Shown here: one piece after another, positions 1 through 7,678 of the stretch
How the letters are laid out: every line of letters starts with the position of its first letter
How positions within the stretch are numbered: position 1 is the first letter of the stretch
NCBI GenBank assembly: GCA_963593015.1
Contig: CAVAYV010000077.1
Coordinates: 4,351 to 68,350, forward strand
Length of the DNA: 64,000 nt
Origin: a bacterium
GTDB lineage: Bacteria > Bacillota_I > Bacilli_A > RFN20 > CAG-826
Direction: 5' to 3'
Notes under the pieces: model-generated
What the model saw: the letters and a program-made list of their open reading frames with translations, nothing else
Databases searched by the model: none
What the model was told of the DNA's origin: nothing
Translations under genes and position numbers: made by a program

Positions 1-1571
1 ACCTTATCTGGCTTTGCCCTATTTTTGCTTCTCCGATGGTCGATAACGGTTACGATGTTTCGGATTATTATTCGATAAATCCGCGCTTTGGAAATATGGA
101 AGATTTTGATTCGCTTTTGAAGAAAGCCCATTCTTTGGGCATCAAAATCATACTTGATTTGGCGATCAATCACACAAGCTCCTCGCACCCTTGGTTCAAA
201 AAAGCCGTGGAAGACCCATCTAGCAAAGAACGCGGATACTATTATTTCTTAGAAGGCAAGCTGAAGGATGGCAAACTTTTGCCCCCAAATAACTGGGCCT
301 CATTTTTCGGCGGAAGCGCTTGGGAAAAGCTCCCAAATAGCGAGAACCTATATTACCTCCACATTTTCGATAAGACCATGCCTGATCTTAACTGGGGGAA
401 TAAGGAGTTAAGGGAAGAAATTTATAGGATTTCCAGTTTCTGGCTTAATAAAGGCGTTGATGGCTTTAGGCTCGATGCCTGCGCGCATTTAGCTAAAGAT
501 CCTAGTTTTTCCGATTCAGCGAAAATCGCAGGTGGCAGCGTTGTTTTAGATGAATCTAGTTTCTCAAACCGTGAAGAATTATTCGACTATTTAAGAGATT
601 ACAAAGAGAATGTCTTATCAAAATATAATTGCTTAGCAATCGGTGAGGTCGGCGGATGCATTTCGCCAAACGAGTCTTTGAAGCTCACCAATTACGAAAA
701 CGGCTCTTTGAACATGGTTTTCAATTTTGATACCGTCTGGAATAACAATGCTTATGATTCCATTGATTTAAGAGATGAGGAAATCAAGCCAGACGTTTTG
801 CTCTTGAAGCATAATTTCATGCGTTGGTTCGATGAATGCCATAACAAAGCCGATATGCCACTTTATTGGTGCAATCATGATCATCCGCGCGTCGTCTCGC
901 AATATGGCGATATAGCCTACCGCGATGAATCAAGCAAAATGCTTTTGACGACTTTGCTTTTCCTATATGGCACCCCGTTTATCTACCAAGGCGATGAAAT
1001 CGGCATGAGCAATGTCGATTATTCCTCTTTCGATGATTTCTGCACATCCGATTCCTCGGTCAAAGACGATATCGCTTCCTATAAAGCTAAAGGCTATAGC
1101 GACGAGCAAATCTTACATTATCTGAAGCGGACTTCTAGAAGCAATGCCCGCTCACCGATGCAATGGAGCAAAGGAGATTATGCCGGCTTCTCTAACGTCC
1201 AGCCTCTTTCCAAAGTTAACGACAATTATTTAGCCAATGTCAACGTCCAAGACGAGATGGAGAACCCTTGGAGCATTCTGAATTTCTATCAATGGGCGAT
1301 TGAAAAAAGAAAAGACCCAATGATCAATGACGCCATCATCAATGGCTCTTTGACTCTGATTGATCCTAACCATCCAGATGTTTTCGCCTATATGCATGAA
1401 TGGAGAGGCAATAAATACATGGTCATCTCTTCTTTTAGGCCCTACGAGACGAAATTCACTTTCTATTACGATATTGCCGATGTCATCGTCCATAACTATG
1501 ATGGCGTTTTGATCGATAACCACGTTTTTACCTTAAGACCTTATGAGTCTTTCTTCTTAAAAATCAGATGA
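1..1571 (+). CDS. GH13 alpha-glucosidase / oligo-1,6-glucosidase, 5' end truncated by window edge
   Basis: The frame is open back to nt 3 (LIWLCPIFASP before the listed Met). Together with DNGYDVSDYY this forms GH13 region I. Also present: GFRLDACAHL (region II), AIGEVGG (region III) and WCNHDHPR (region IV). TGA stop at 1569-1571. Confidence 0.9.
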   Translation, partial: LIWLCPIFASPMVDNGYDVSDYYSINPRFGNMEDFDSLLKKAHSLGIKIILDLAINHTSSSHPWFKKAVEDPSSKERGYYYFLEGKLKDGKLLPPNNWASFFGGSAWEKLPNSENLYYLHIFDKTMPDLNWGNKELREEIYRISSFWLNKGVDGFRLDACAHLAKDPSFSDSAKIAGGSVVLDESSFSNREELFDYLRDYKENVLSKYNCLAIGEVGGCISPNESLKLTNYENGSLNMVFNFDTVWNNNAYDSIDLRDEEIKPDVLLLKHNFMRWFDECHNKADMPLYWCNHDHPRVVSQYGDIAYRDESSKMLLTTLLFLYGTPFIYQGDEIGMSNVDYSSFDDFCTSDSSVKDDIASYKAKGYSDEQILHYLKRTSRSNARSPMQWSKGDYAGFSNVQPLSKVNDNYLANVNVQDEMENPWSILNFYQWAIEKRKDPMINDAIINGSLTLIDPNHPDVFAYMHEWRGNKYMVISSFRPYETKFTFYYDIADVIVHNYDGVLIDNHVFTLRPYESFFLKIR

Positions 1572-2137
1572 AAGCTTTGTATTGGATAAAATCTGATAGC
1601 TATTTCTCAAGAAGCTATTTCAAAGAAAAGCTCGATGCGATAAGAGTCCCTTATTCTTTGGAAGTGAAAAGCGAGCAGGAGATGTTTTTGGAGACGGAAT
1701 ACGACATCTCCTCCAAACTAGAAGGCATTTTGATCACGATTTTGGAAAATGAAGGAAGCAAAGTCTCGGCCTTAAAAACGCATAATCGCGGTCCTTTGGC
1801 GGAAAAGTGCGTCAATGAGTCCCTTTCTTATTACCCTAATTCATCTCGGTATATCTCGGATATCCTATTAAAAGAACTTTCTTTTGGGAATTACTCTTCT
1901 TTTCCTTTATTAAGCGCGGAATTCAAAAACCTTGATAGCGATCTTTTATTGACCATTGGCACCTATATCCGCGAAGAATGTTCCATAAATTCAGCCTCAG
2001 AAGCCCTTTTTATCCATCGGAATACCTGTAGATATCGCTTGAAGGAGTTCGAACGACTCACTAATTTAGATGTCCATTCCTATCACGACATTCTTTTGCT
2101 TGAACTATATTTTCAATTAGGGAGAAAGACTTTATGA
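1568..2137 (+). CDS. PucR/CdaR-type C-terminal helix-turn-helix protein (putative regulator)
   Basis: The C-terminus SASEALFIHRNTCRYRLKEFERLTNLD looks like a PucR-family HTH. ATGA overlap with the glucosidase stop. The N-terminal ~120 aa are unrecognised. Confidence 0.55.
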   Translation: MKALYWIKSDSYFSRSYFKEKLDAIRVPYSLEVKSEQEMFLETEYDISSKLEGILITILENEGSKVSALKTHNRGPLAEKCVNESLSYYPNSSRYISDILLKELSFGNYSSFPLLSAEFKNLDSDLLLTIGTYIREECSINSASEALFIHRNTCRYRLKEFERLTNLDVHSYHDILLLELYFQLGRKTL

Positions 2138-3126
2138 CCGAATATAAACTCAAAATTAATGATCATAGCGAAGAGATTAGATTATCTTCTGCGAAGCTTA
2201 TCTCTTTATTGGAATCCAAGATTCCTTTTGGCGATGATTTGTATAGTCAAATCAAAGAAGGGTCAAGTTATTTCATTGATTATGAAGGCAAGATCCTTCC
2301 TTCCGAAATCGGCTTTTTGGATATCGAAAGCCTTCTTTTCCCGAATTTAAGCGTGAGGGAGAATCTCTCTTTCTCCTTGAAGAAGAAAATCAGCAAAGAG
2401 AAGGAACTATCTAAAAGAATAGAAGAGGTCGCCGCCGAATTTGCCTTAAGAGGGAAACTCGATTCCAAAGTCAAAGATCTAAGCGTGAAAGAGAAAGGCC
2501 TCCTTTTGATTTTGAAAATGGATCTTCTGAACAAGAAAATCTTTATTTCGAAAAATATTCTCACGTCTTTTTATAGTGAAATCGAATTTGACAAGGCTCT
2601 TATTGAATACATAAGGAATAGCGGGTCTCTTTTGCTCAATATAACTTCTTCGATCATAGAAGCCTTGACTATCTCCGACTTAATCGGAGTCAATCTTTAT
2701 GATGATTTTGAGCTTGATGAGCCTTTGAAGCTATTACGCTCACCAAAGAAAGAAAAAAGCGCGATTGCTCTTTATAAAGGAATGATCAATGTTATTCCGT
2801 TTTCGAAAAATGAAGATTCCATCGCTATTCTAGGGACTACTATAAAATTATCCTCCAAAGAAGATGGCGATGTCTTGATTCGTTATGACAAGGCTAGCCT
2901 ATCAAATAAAGGGGAATTTGAAGGAGTGGTCTTGATGCAAGAAGAAGATGGTCTCACCCATATTGAGATCGCTAAGCAAGAGGTTTCCTTTTATTTCGCC
3001 GAGCCTCTAGATACCGGAAAACGGGTGTCATTTGACATCGATTTCGAAGACGCTATTTTCTTTTCAAAGAAAAAAGAGAGAATAAGTGTTAATATTGTTA
3101 GCGAAGAGGAGAATGCCTTATCATGA
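2134..3126 (+). CDS. MalK/MsmX-like ABC ATPase homolog with degenerate catalytic motifs (pseudo-ATPase)
   Basis: Colinear with MalK from LFPNLSVRENLSFSL through a C-terminal regulatory-like domain. There is no GxxGxGK[ST] Walker A. The signature is LSVKEK instead of LSGGQ, Walker B is IFISKN instead of hhhhDE, and the H-loop is ITSS. ATGA overlap on both sides. Confidence 0.6.
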   Translation: MTEYKLKINDHSEEIRLSSAKLISLLESKIPFGDDLYSQIKEGSSYFIDYEGKILPSEIGFLDIESLLFPNLSVRENLSFSLKKKISKEKELSKRIEEVAAEFALRGKLDSKVKDLSVKEKGLLLILKMDLLNKKIFISKNILTSFYSEIEFDKALIEYIRNSGSLLLNITSSIIEALTISDLIGVNLYDDFELDEPLKLLRSPKKEKSAIALYKGMINVIPFSKNEDSIAILGTTIKLSSKEDGDVLIRYDKASLSNKGEFEGVVLMQEEDGLTHIEIAKQEVSFYFAEPLDTGKRVSFDIDFEDAIFFSKKKERISVNIVSEEENALS

Positions 3127-3353
3127 AATTAACTTCAAAAATATTATTCTATTCCGGAATCATTGCCTTATTGGCCGCGGTCGGATTTTTCGTTGCTGGG
3201 ATCATGACCACAAATGTTGTTTATTATATTGTTGGAGCAATAATGCTCATCGTGACGATCCTTTTGGGCCTATTTGCCTATAAAGCCAATGACAAAGTCG
3301 AATTAAAAGAGAATCCGGTGGAATCGAAAGACGATGCCCCAAAAGCGCATTAA
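3123..3353 (+). CDS. small two-TM membrane protein, unknown function
   Basis: 76 aa with two hydrophobic stretches. GAGGAG lies upstream and the start overlaps the preceding stop (ATGA). Confidence 0.5.
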   Translation: MKLTSKILFYSGIIALLAAVGFFVAGIMTTNVVYYIVGAIMLIVTILLGLFAYKANDKVELKENPVESKDDAPKAH

Positions 3354-3874
3354 TTGGGCGTTTTGTTTCTTGAATCGAAGCGGACTAACACTCCGCTTTT
3401 TTCGATAGCTAAATACAAAGGGATGGACAAAACGCTCATAAGATATCCTTGGACGCAGTCAAAAGCGCTCGACAAATAAACTCCTTTGCCTAAAATAAGA
3501 TAATAGCTGAGCATATAAATGAGTATCATCACACTGGCGCCTAAAAAAGGGGCGATGAAGCGGATGATTCGTCTTTTTTGCAAAAATTTAAAAAGAAACC
3601 CGCTTGCCAAAGCCATCAAAGATTTCGCTAACAAACTGAAAGGCGCATAAGCGGCGTATCCTAAAAACAAATCGCCTAAGGTCCCACCGATCGCTCCGAC
3701 AATCGCCCCTTCGATCGGCCCAAGAGCCATAGACACGAATAAGGTGGCAATATCCCCGAAATTTAGATATCCGGCACCACCCGCATAAGGAAGCTCACAA
3801 AAAGAAGTGAGCACAAAACACAAAGCGCTGAAAACGCCAGTCATTGCAATCCGCAAAACGAGCGATCTTTTCAT
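3350..3874 (-). CDS. ECF-type transporter substrate-specific (S) component, substrate unknown
   Basis: 174 aa, ~5-6 TM, Gly/Ala-rich helices (GPIEGAIVGAIGGTLGDL) typical of ECF S components. No EcfA/T genes adjacent. Confidence 0.6.
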   Translation of the reverse strand: MKRSLVLRIAMTGVFSALCFVLTSFCELPYAGGAGYLNFGDIATLFVSMALGPIEGAIVGAIGGTLGDLFLGYAAYAPFSLLAKSLMALASGFLFKFLQKRRIIRFIAPFLGASVMILIYMLSYYLILGKGVYLSSAFDCVQGYLMSVLSIPLYLAIEKSGVLVRFDSRNKTPN

Positions 3875-3882
3875 TTTAGGTT

Positions 3883-4917
3883 TCAGTCTTCTTTCTTAGA
3901 ATATGAGGTTTGCTTTTTGTCTCTTCTGAAATTGCTGCCTTTATGGAAATTTTCTTTAAAGGAATATTTCTTCTCGCCAAAAGATTTCTTTCCGTAGTTT
4001 TTTCTCTCACCATATGGTTTTTTGCCCCCATATGATTTTTTCTCGGTGAAATTTTTCTTTTCGCCATATGGCTTTTTCTTGCCAAAGGATTTTCTCTCGC
4101 CATATGGTTTTTTGAATCCACTATCTTTGCGGAAACTATTCTCGTCAAAGGATTTACGAGATCCTTCTTTAAAAGAACTCTTGTGGAAATTTCTTCTCTC
4201 GCCTTCGAAAGAATCCCTTCTATCGGAATGATAGGAAGAATGCGAGAAAGAGCGCCTAGAAGAGCCATATGATCTCGATTCGGCATCTTTTCTTTCGAAA
4301 TCTCTATCGTGATGGAAGGATCTTCTTTTTCCAAAAGTGGAATCCTTAGTGCCCAATCGCATTCTGCGTTTCGCGCGCATTTCGGCATTCTTTTTCAAAA
4401 CTTCTTCTTTGACTTTTGCCTCAGCGGAATATCTATTTTCCTCTTTTTCGATTGGGGATACTCTTTCGGATTTCGCTTTATCGGCGACCAAGAATTCAAG
4501 ATTATCGGTTTCGCAATAGACTTTGATTCCTTTGGAGATCAGATAACGGGCGCTGACGCCTAACCCTTCGATCTTTCCGCCTTTGAATTTGCCATCATGG
4601 ATGGTTCTTGAGCCGCAAGAAGGCGAACCATCTTTCAAAATGGCGATTTTGATGCCTAAATATTGGCAGATGCGATAAGCCTTTTCAGCCGCCTCGTTAT
4701 AGGCTTTGGTCAGATTTTTGCCTTCGCTATTGAGAACTTCGTTTCTGACGATTTCGGCTGGGAGGCGTGGCGTCCCTAAGCCAGCTTCCATCTCTGGGCA
4801 GAAAGGGATGAGCTCATATTTTTTGGCAATCTCGTCCAAATAATCGAATTTGTTATCTCCGCCGTCGTAGCGGGTCTTGTCCCCTAATAGGCACGCTGAA
4901 ACTAATATTTTATCCAT
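3883..4917 (-). CDS. DUF523/TudS-like [4Fe-4S] protein fused to a long basic repetitive C-terminal tail
   Basis: The N-terminal ~145 aa carry SACLLG..RYDG, FCPE..GLGTPR and GSPSCG (the DUF523 Cys triad). The C-terminal ~200 aa are K/R/S/F/G-rich with KKPYGE(R/K)K repeats. Confidence 0.75.
   Translation of the reverse strand: MDKILVSACLLGDKTRYDGGDNKFDYLDEIAKKYELIPFCPEMEAGLGTPRLPAEIVRNEVLNSEGKNLTKAYNEAAEKAYRICQYLGIKIAILKDGSPSCGSRTIHDGKFKGGKIEGLGVSARYLISKGIKVYCETDNLEFLVADKAKSERVSPIEKEENRYSAEAKVKEEVLKKNAEMRAKRRMRLGTKDSTFGKRRSFHHDRDFERKDAESRSYGSSRRSFSHSSYHSDRRDSFEGERRNFHKSSFKEGSRKSFDENSFRKDSGFKKPYGERKSFGKKKPYGEKKNFTEKKSYGGKKPYGERKNYGKKSFGEKKYSFKENFHKGSNFRRDKKQTSYSKKED
3960..4130 (-). repeat. imperfect tandem coding repeat (~33-36 nt unit) within the DUF523 tail
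   Basis: The + strand motif cgccatatgg(t/c)tttt recurs near 4010, 4027, 4065 and 4098. It encodes KKPYGERK / KKPYGEKK / KKSYGGKK units. Confidence 0.7.
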
Positions 4918-5001
4918 ACCGCGTAAATATACTCGTTTTTGCCTCTCTTCTCAATATACTTTTTCTTTCTTTAAAGAAAGAATAAGAAGATAATATTCGC
5001 T

Positions 5002-5619
5002 GTGAAACCTACCTATTACGAAATCGAGATAGATGGCAGAAAATTGCCTGTTTACATCACTTACAAAAGGACGAAAAACATCATTTTCAAAGTGGAGCGT
5101 GACGGAAGCGCCTTTAAGGTTTCTTGCCCTCCCTATGTCTCTTCTTCTTATTTGATTTCCAAAATCAATGAATCTTTGCCGCGTCTTTATAAAAAGGTGG
5201 ATTATGAGAAACCGATTCAAAAGGATTCCGTTTATATTTTCGGGGAATTGGAAGAAGTGCCAGGATATTCCTCTTGGGAGGATGATTTCAAAAAAGATTA
5301 CCTTTCGAAAACCTTATTGCAATATGTGGAAAGCCGAGTCCGTTATTACGAGGATAGGATGATGATTCTTGAGCCTTACAAAGTCGCGGTTCGGGATATG
5401 AAATCCCGCTATGGCGTCAATAGCAGGGCCACTCATAAGGTGACTTTCACCTCCTCTCTTATCCATTATTCCCCTTCGATCATCGATAGCGTCGTCGTTC
5501 ATGAGCTCGCCCATCACTTTGTTTTCAATCATAGCCAAGAATTCTATAATGTTGTCTATCGTTATTTTCCGAATTATAAGGAAGAACATGATAAATTAAG
5601 GAAGCACCAATACAAATGA
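5002..5619 (+). CDS. YgjP/DUF45-like zinc metallopeptidase
   Basis: HELAHH...H motif (VVVHELAHHFVFNHSQEF) near the C-terminus and ~200 aa length. GTG is the first in-frame start after a TAA. Confidence 0.7.
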   Translation: MKPTYYEIEIDGRKLPVYITYKRTKNIIFKVERDGSAFKVSCPPYVSSSYLISKINESLPRLYKKVDYEKPIQKDSVYIFGELEEVPGYSSWEDDFKKDYLSKTLLQYVESRVRYYEDRMMILEPYKVAVRDMKSRYGVNSRATHKVTFTSSLIHYSPSIIDSVVVHELAHHFVFNHSQEFYNVVYRYFPNYKEEHDKLRKHQYK

Positions 5620-6344
5620 ATTACGAAATCATCACTAGCAGGAACAACCAGAAAATCAAAGATGCCGCCTCTTACAAAGATGGGAAAGGGGACTATTTTT
5701 TGGTGGAGGGCTTCCATATGGTCGAAATGGCCATTACGAATAATCTCGCCATCGCTATTTTCACTATAAAAGAATATCGCTCCTCGGTGAAGACTTATTT
5801 AGTGAATGAAGCGGTCTTAGACAAATTGGCGAGCACTAGATGCCCAGAAGGAATCGTGGCTCTTTGCCAAAAGAAAAAGGAAGAAAAGATAACTAGCAAG
5901 CGCGTTCTTCTCCTTGATGGGCTTGCTGATCCAGGGAATGTTGGCACTATCACTAGAAGCGCCTTGGCTTTTGGCTTTTTGGATGTTGTCCTTGGCCCAA
6001 ACGTCGTCTCTTTGTATAACAACAAGGCCTTAATGGCTTCTCAAGGCGCCTATTTCAAATTGAATATAATCAAATCAAAAGATCTTCGAGAGACAATCTC
6101 AGATCTCAAAAAAGACAATTATCAGGTGTTTGGGACTTCTTTAAAAAGCTCATCTCCTTTGGAAGAAGTGAATAATTCCATCGATAAAATGGCGATTATA
6201 TTGGGCAATGAAGGAAAAGGTGTATCTGAGGAAGTGTTATCAATAACCGATAGTAACATTCGGATAGAGATGGGGAATATTGACTCTTTGAACGTCGCAA
6301 TGGCTGGGGCTATCGCAATGCATCATTTCCGATATTTGAAATAA
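5616..6344 (+). CDS. TrmH/SpoU-family RNA 2'-O-methyltransferase (YsgA/RlmB-like)
   Basis: SpoU motifs NVGTITRSALAFG, ILGNEGKGVS and IDSLNVAMAGAIAMH. Its position upstream of pheST matches Bacillus ysgA. Confidence 0.85.
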   Translation: MNYEIITSRNNQKIKDAASYKDGKGDYFLVEGFHMVEMAITNNLAIAIFTIKEYRSSVKTYLVNEAVLDKLASTRCPEGIVALCQKKKEEKITSKRVLLLDGLADPGNVGTITRSALAFGFLDVVLGPNVVSLYNNKALMASQGAYFKLNIIKSKDLRETISDLKKDNYQVFGTSLKSSSPLEEVNNSIDKMAIILGNEGKGVSEEVLSITDSNIRIEMGNIDSLNVAMAGAIAMHHFRYLK

Positions 6345-6399
6345 AGGCGAATAGCGTAAGCGTTTGCTTTATTTTTTCTTTCTTTGATTATAAAATAGA

Positions 6400-6615
6400 G
6401 ACGTTCGTTGAAGAGAAAGAGTACTTGCATACTTTAGTATAGGGAGAGGCTATCAGTGGAACGGCCTCCTAAAGCGCAACGAAAGTTCGTCTCGGAGAAC
6501 GGAAACGAGAGTTTCCCCTTGGTCCAGGTTATGGCTATAGAGCGACGAAGAATTTTCGTCGAAGTGGGATGGCACCGTGGATAAATTCACTCCCTGTGTC
6601 GCCTTTTTATTTTTT
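6400..6615 (+). promoter_or_regulatory. T-box leader (Phe) with terminator, upstream of pheS
   Basis: Divergent T-box sequence AGTGGGATGGCACCGTGG at 6563-6580. Candidate specifier GAAAG-TTC-G. GTCGCC is followed by the T-run 6604-6615. The GGAGG SD follows at 6616. Confidence 0.7.
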
Positions 6616-6624
6616 GGAGGCTTT

Positions 6625-7665
6625 ATGGAAGAAGCAAAACGCGCTGAAGAGATTCGCGTAGCGGCCTTGAAAGAGATTAGTGACGCTACCGATGAGAATG
6701 TCTTAGAGAAAATCAGAAACACTTATTTGGCCAAGAAAAGCGAATTGAATGCCTTAATGGGCATCATGCGGAACTTATCGCCAGAGGATAAGGTGACTTT
6801 TGGCAAGGTGATGAACGAAGTCAGAAATGACATCAGCACCAAATTCGAGGAAAAACGCGAAGAAATCGCCAAAAAGGCGTTGGATAAAAAATTAGAGAAA
6901 GAGACTATCGACATTTCTTTGCCTGGAAGAAGCTACAACGTCGGCTCTATAAACCCGATTTATAGCATCATTGACGAGATGATCTCGATTTTCTCTTCGA
7001 TGGGATTTGAAATCAGAGAAGGCAGAGACATTGAGACAGATCACTTCAATTTCGAACTTTTGAACGTTCCAAAGGATCATCCTGCCCGCGATATGCAAGA
7101 TACTTTCTACATCGATGATTCCTTGCTTTTGCGCACCCAAACTTCTGCCTCTCAAGCCCATGCGATGCTTGAAAGAGAAGACAAAGGCCCACTTAAGATG
7201 ATTTGCCCAGGCAAATGCTATCGCCGCGATGATGATGATATGACCCATTCCCATGAATTCAATCAGATTGAGGGTTTAGTGATTGGGAAGGGCGTCTCAA
7301 TGGCTGATTTAAAAGGCACTTTGGAGCTTTTTGTCAAAAAAATGTTCGGCGAGAAGCGAGAAATCCGCATGAGAAGCTCTTATTTTCCTTTCACTGAGCC
7401 AAGCGTTGAAGTCGATGTCAGTTGCGCTAAATGCGGCGGAAAAGGCTGCGACATGTGCAAGGGGACAGGCTGGATTGAGATTCTAGGAGCGGGCGAAGTA
7501 CACCCAAATGTCCTTAAGATGTGCGGATATGACCCCGATGTCTATAGCGGCTTTGCCTTTGGAGTCGGTGTCGAAAGATTGGCCATTCTTCGCTATGGCA
7601 TCGACGACATCAGACGTTTCTACCAAAATGATTTGCGCTTTTTGAAGCCGTTTGTCGAAAAATAG
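6625..7665 (+). CDS. pheS: phenylalanine--tRNA ligase alpha subunit
   Basis: Class II aaRS motifs (HPARDMQDTFY, FRRDDDDMTHSHEFNQIEG, GFAFGVGVERL). I moved the start to ATG 6625 behind GGAGG; the ORF-track start at 6577 lies inside the T-box terminator. Confidence 0.93.
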   Translation: MEEAKRAEEIRVAALKEISDATDENVLEKIRNTYLAKKSELNALMGIMRNLSPEDKVTFGKVMNEVRNDISTKFEEKREEIAKKALDKKLEKETIDISLPGRSYNVGSINPIYSIIDEMISIFSSMGFEIREGRDIETDHFNFELLNVPKDHPARDMQDTFYIDDSLLLRTQTSASQAHAMLEREDKGPLKMICPGKCYRRDDDDMTHSHEFNQIEGLVIGKGVSMADLKGTLELFVKKMFGEKREIRMRSSYFPFTEPSVEVDVSCAKCGGKGCDMCKGTGWIEILGAGEVHPNVLKMCGYDPDVYSGFAFGVGVERLAILRYGIDDIRRFYQNDLRFLKPFVEK

Positions 7666-7678
7666 GAGGCTTACCAAT

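Noticed and set aside
3876-4388. 170-aa minus-strand ORF in an alternative frame of the DUF523 tail, and + strand ORFs 4022..4231, 4309..4563 and 4337..4519.
   Set aside because: They arise from the low-complexity tandem repeat, which is open in several frames. The 3883..4917 frame is continuous with the recognisable DUF523 domain.
6577-6624. ORF-track start of pheS at 6577.
   Set aside because: It lies inside the T-box/terminator sequence. ATG 6625 has a GGAGG SD at optimal spacing.
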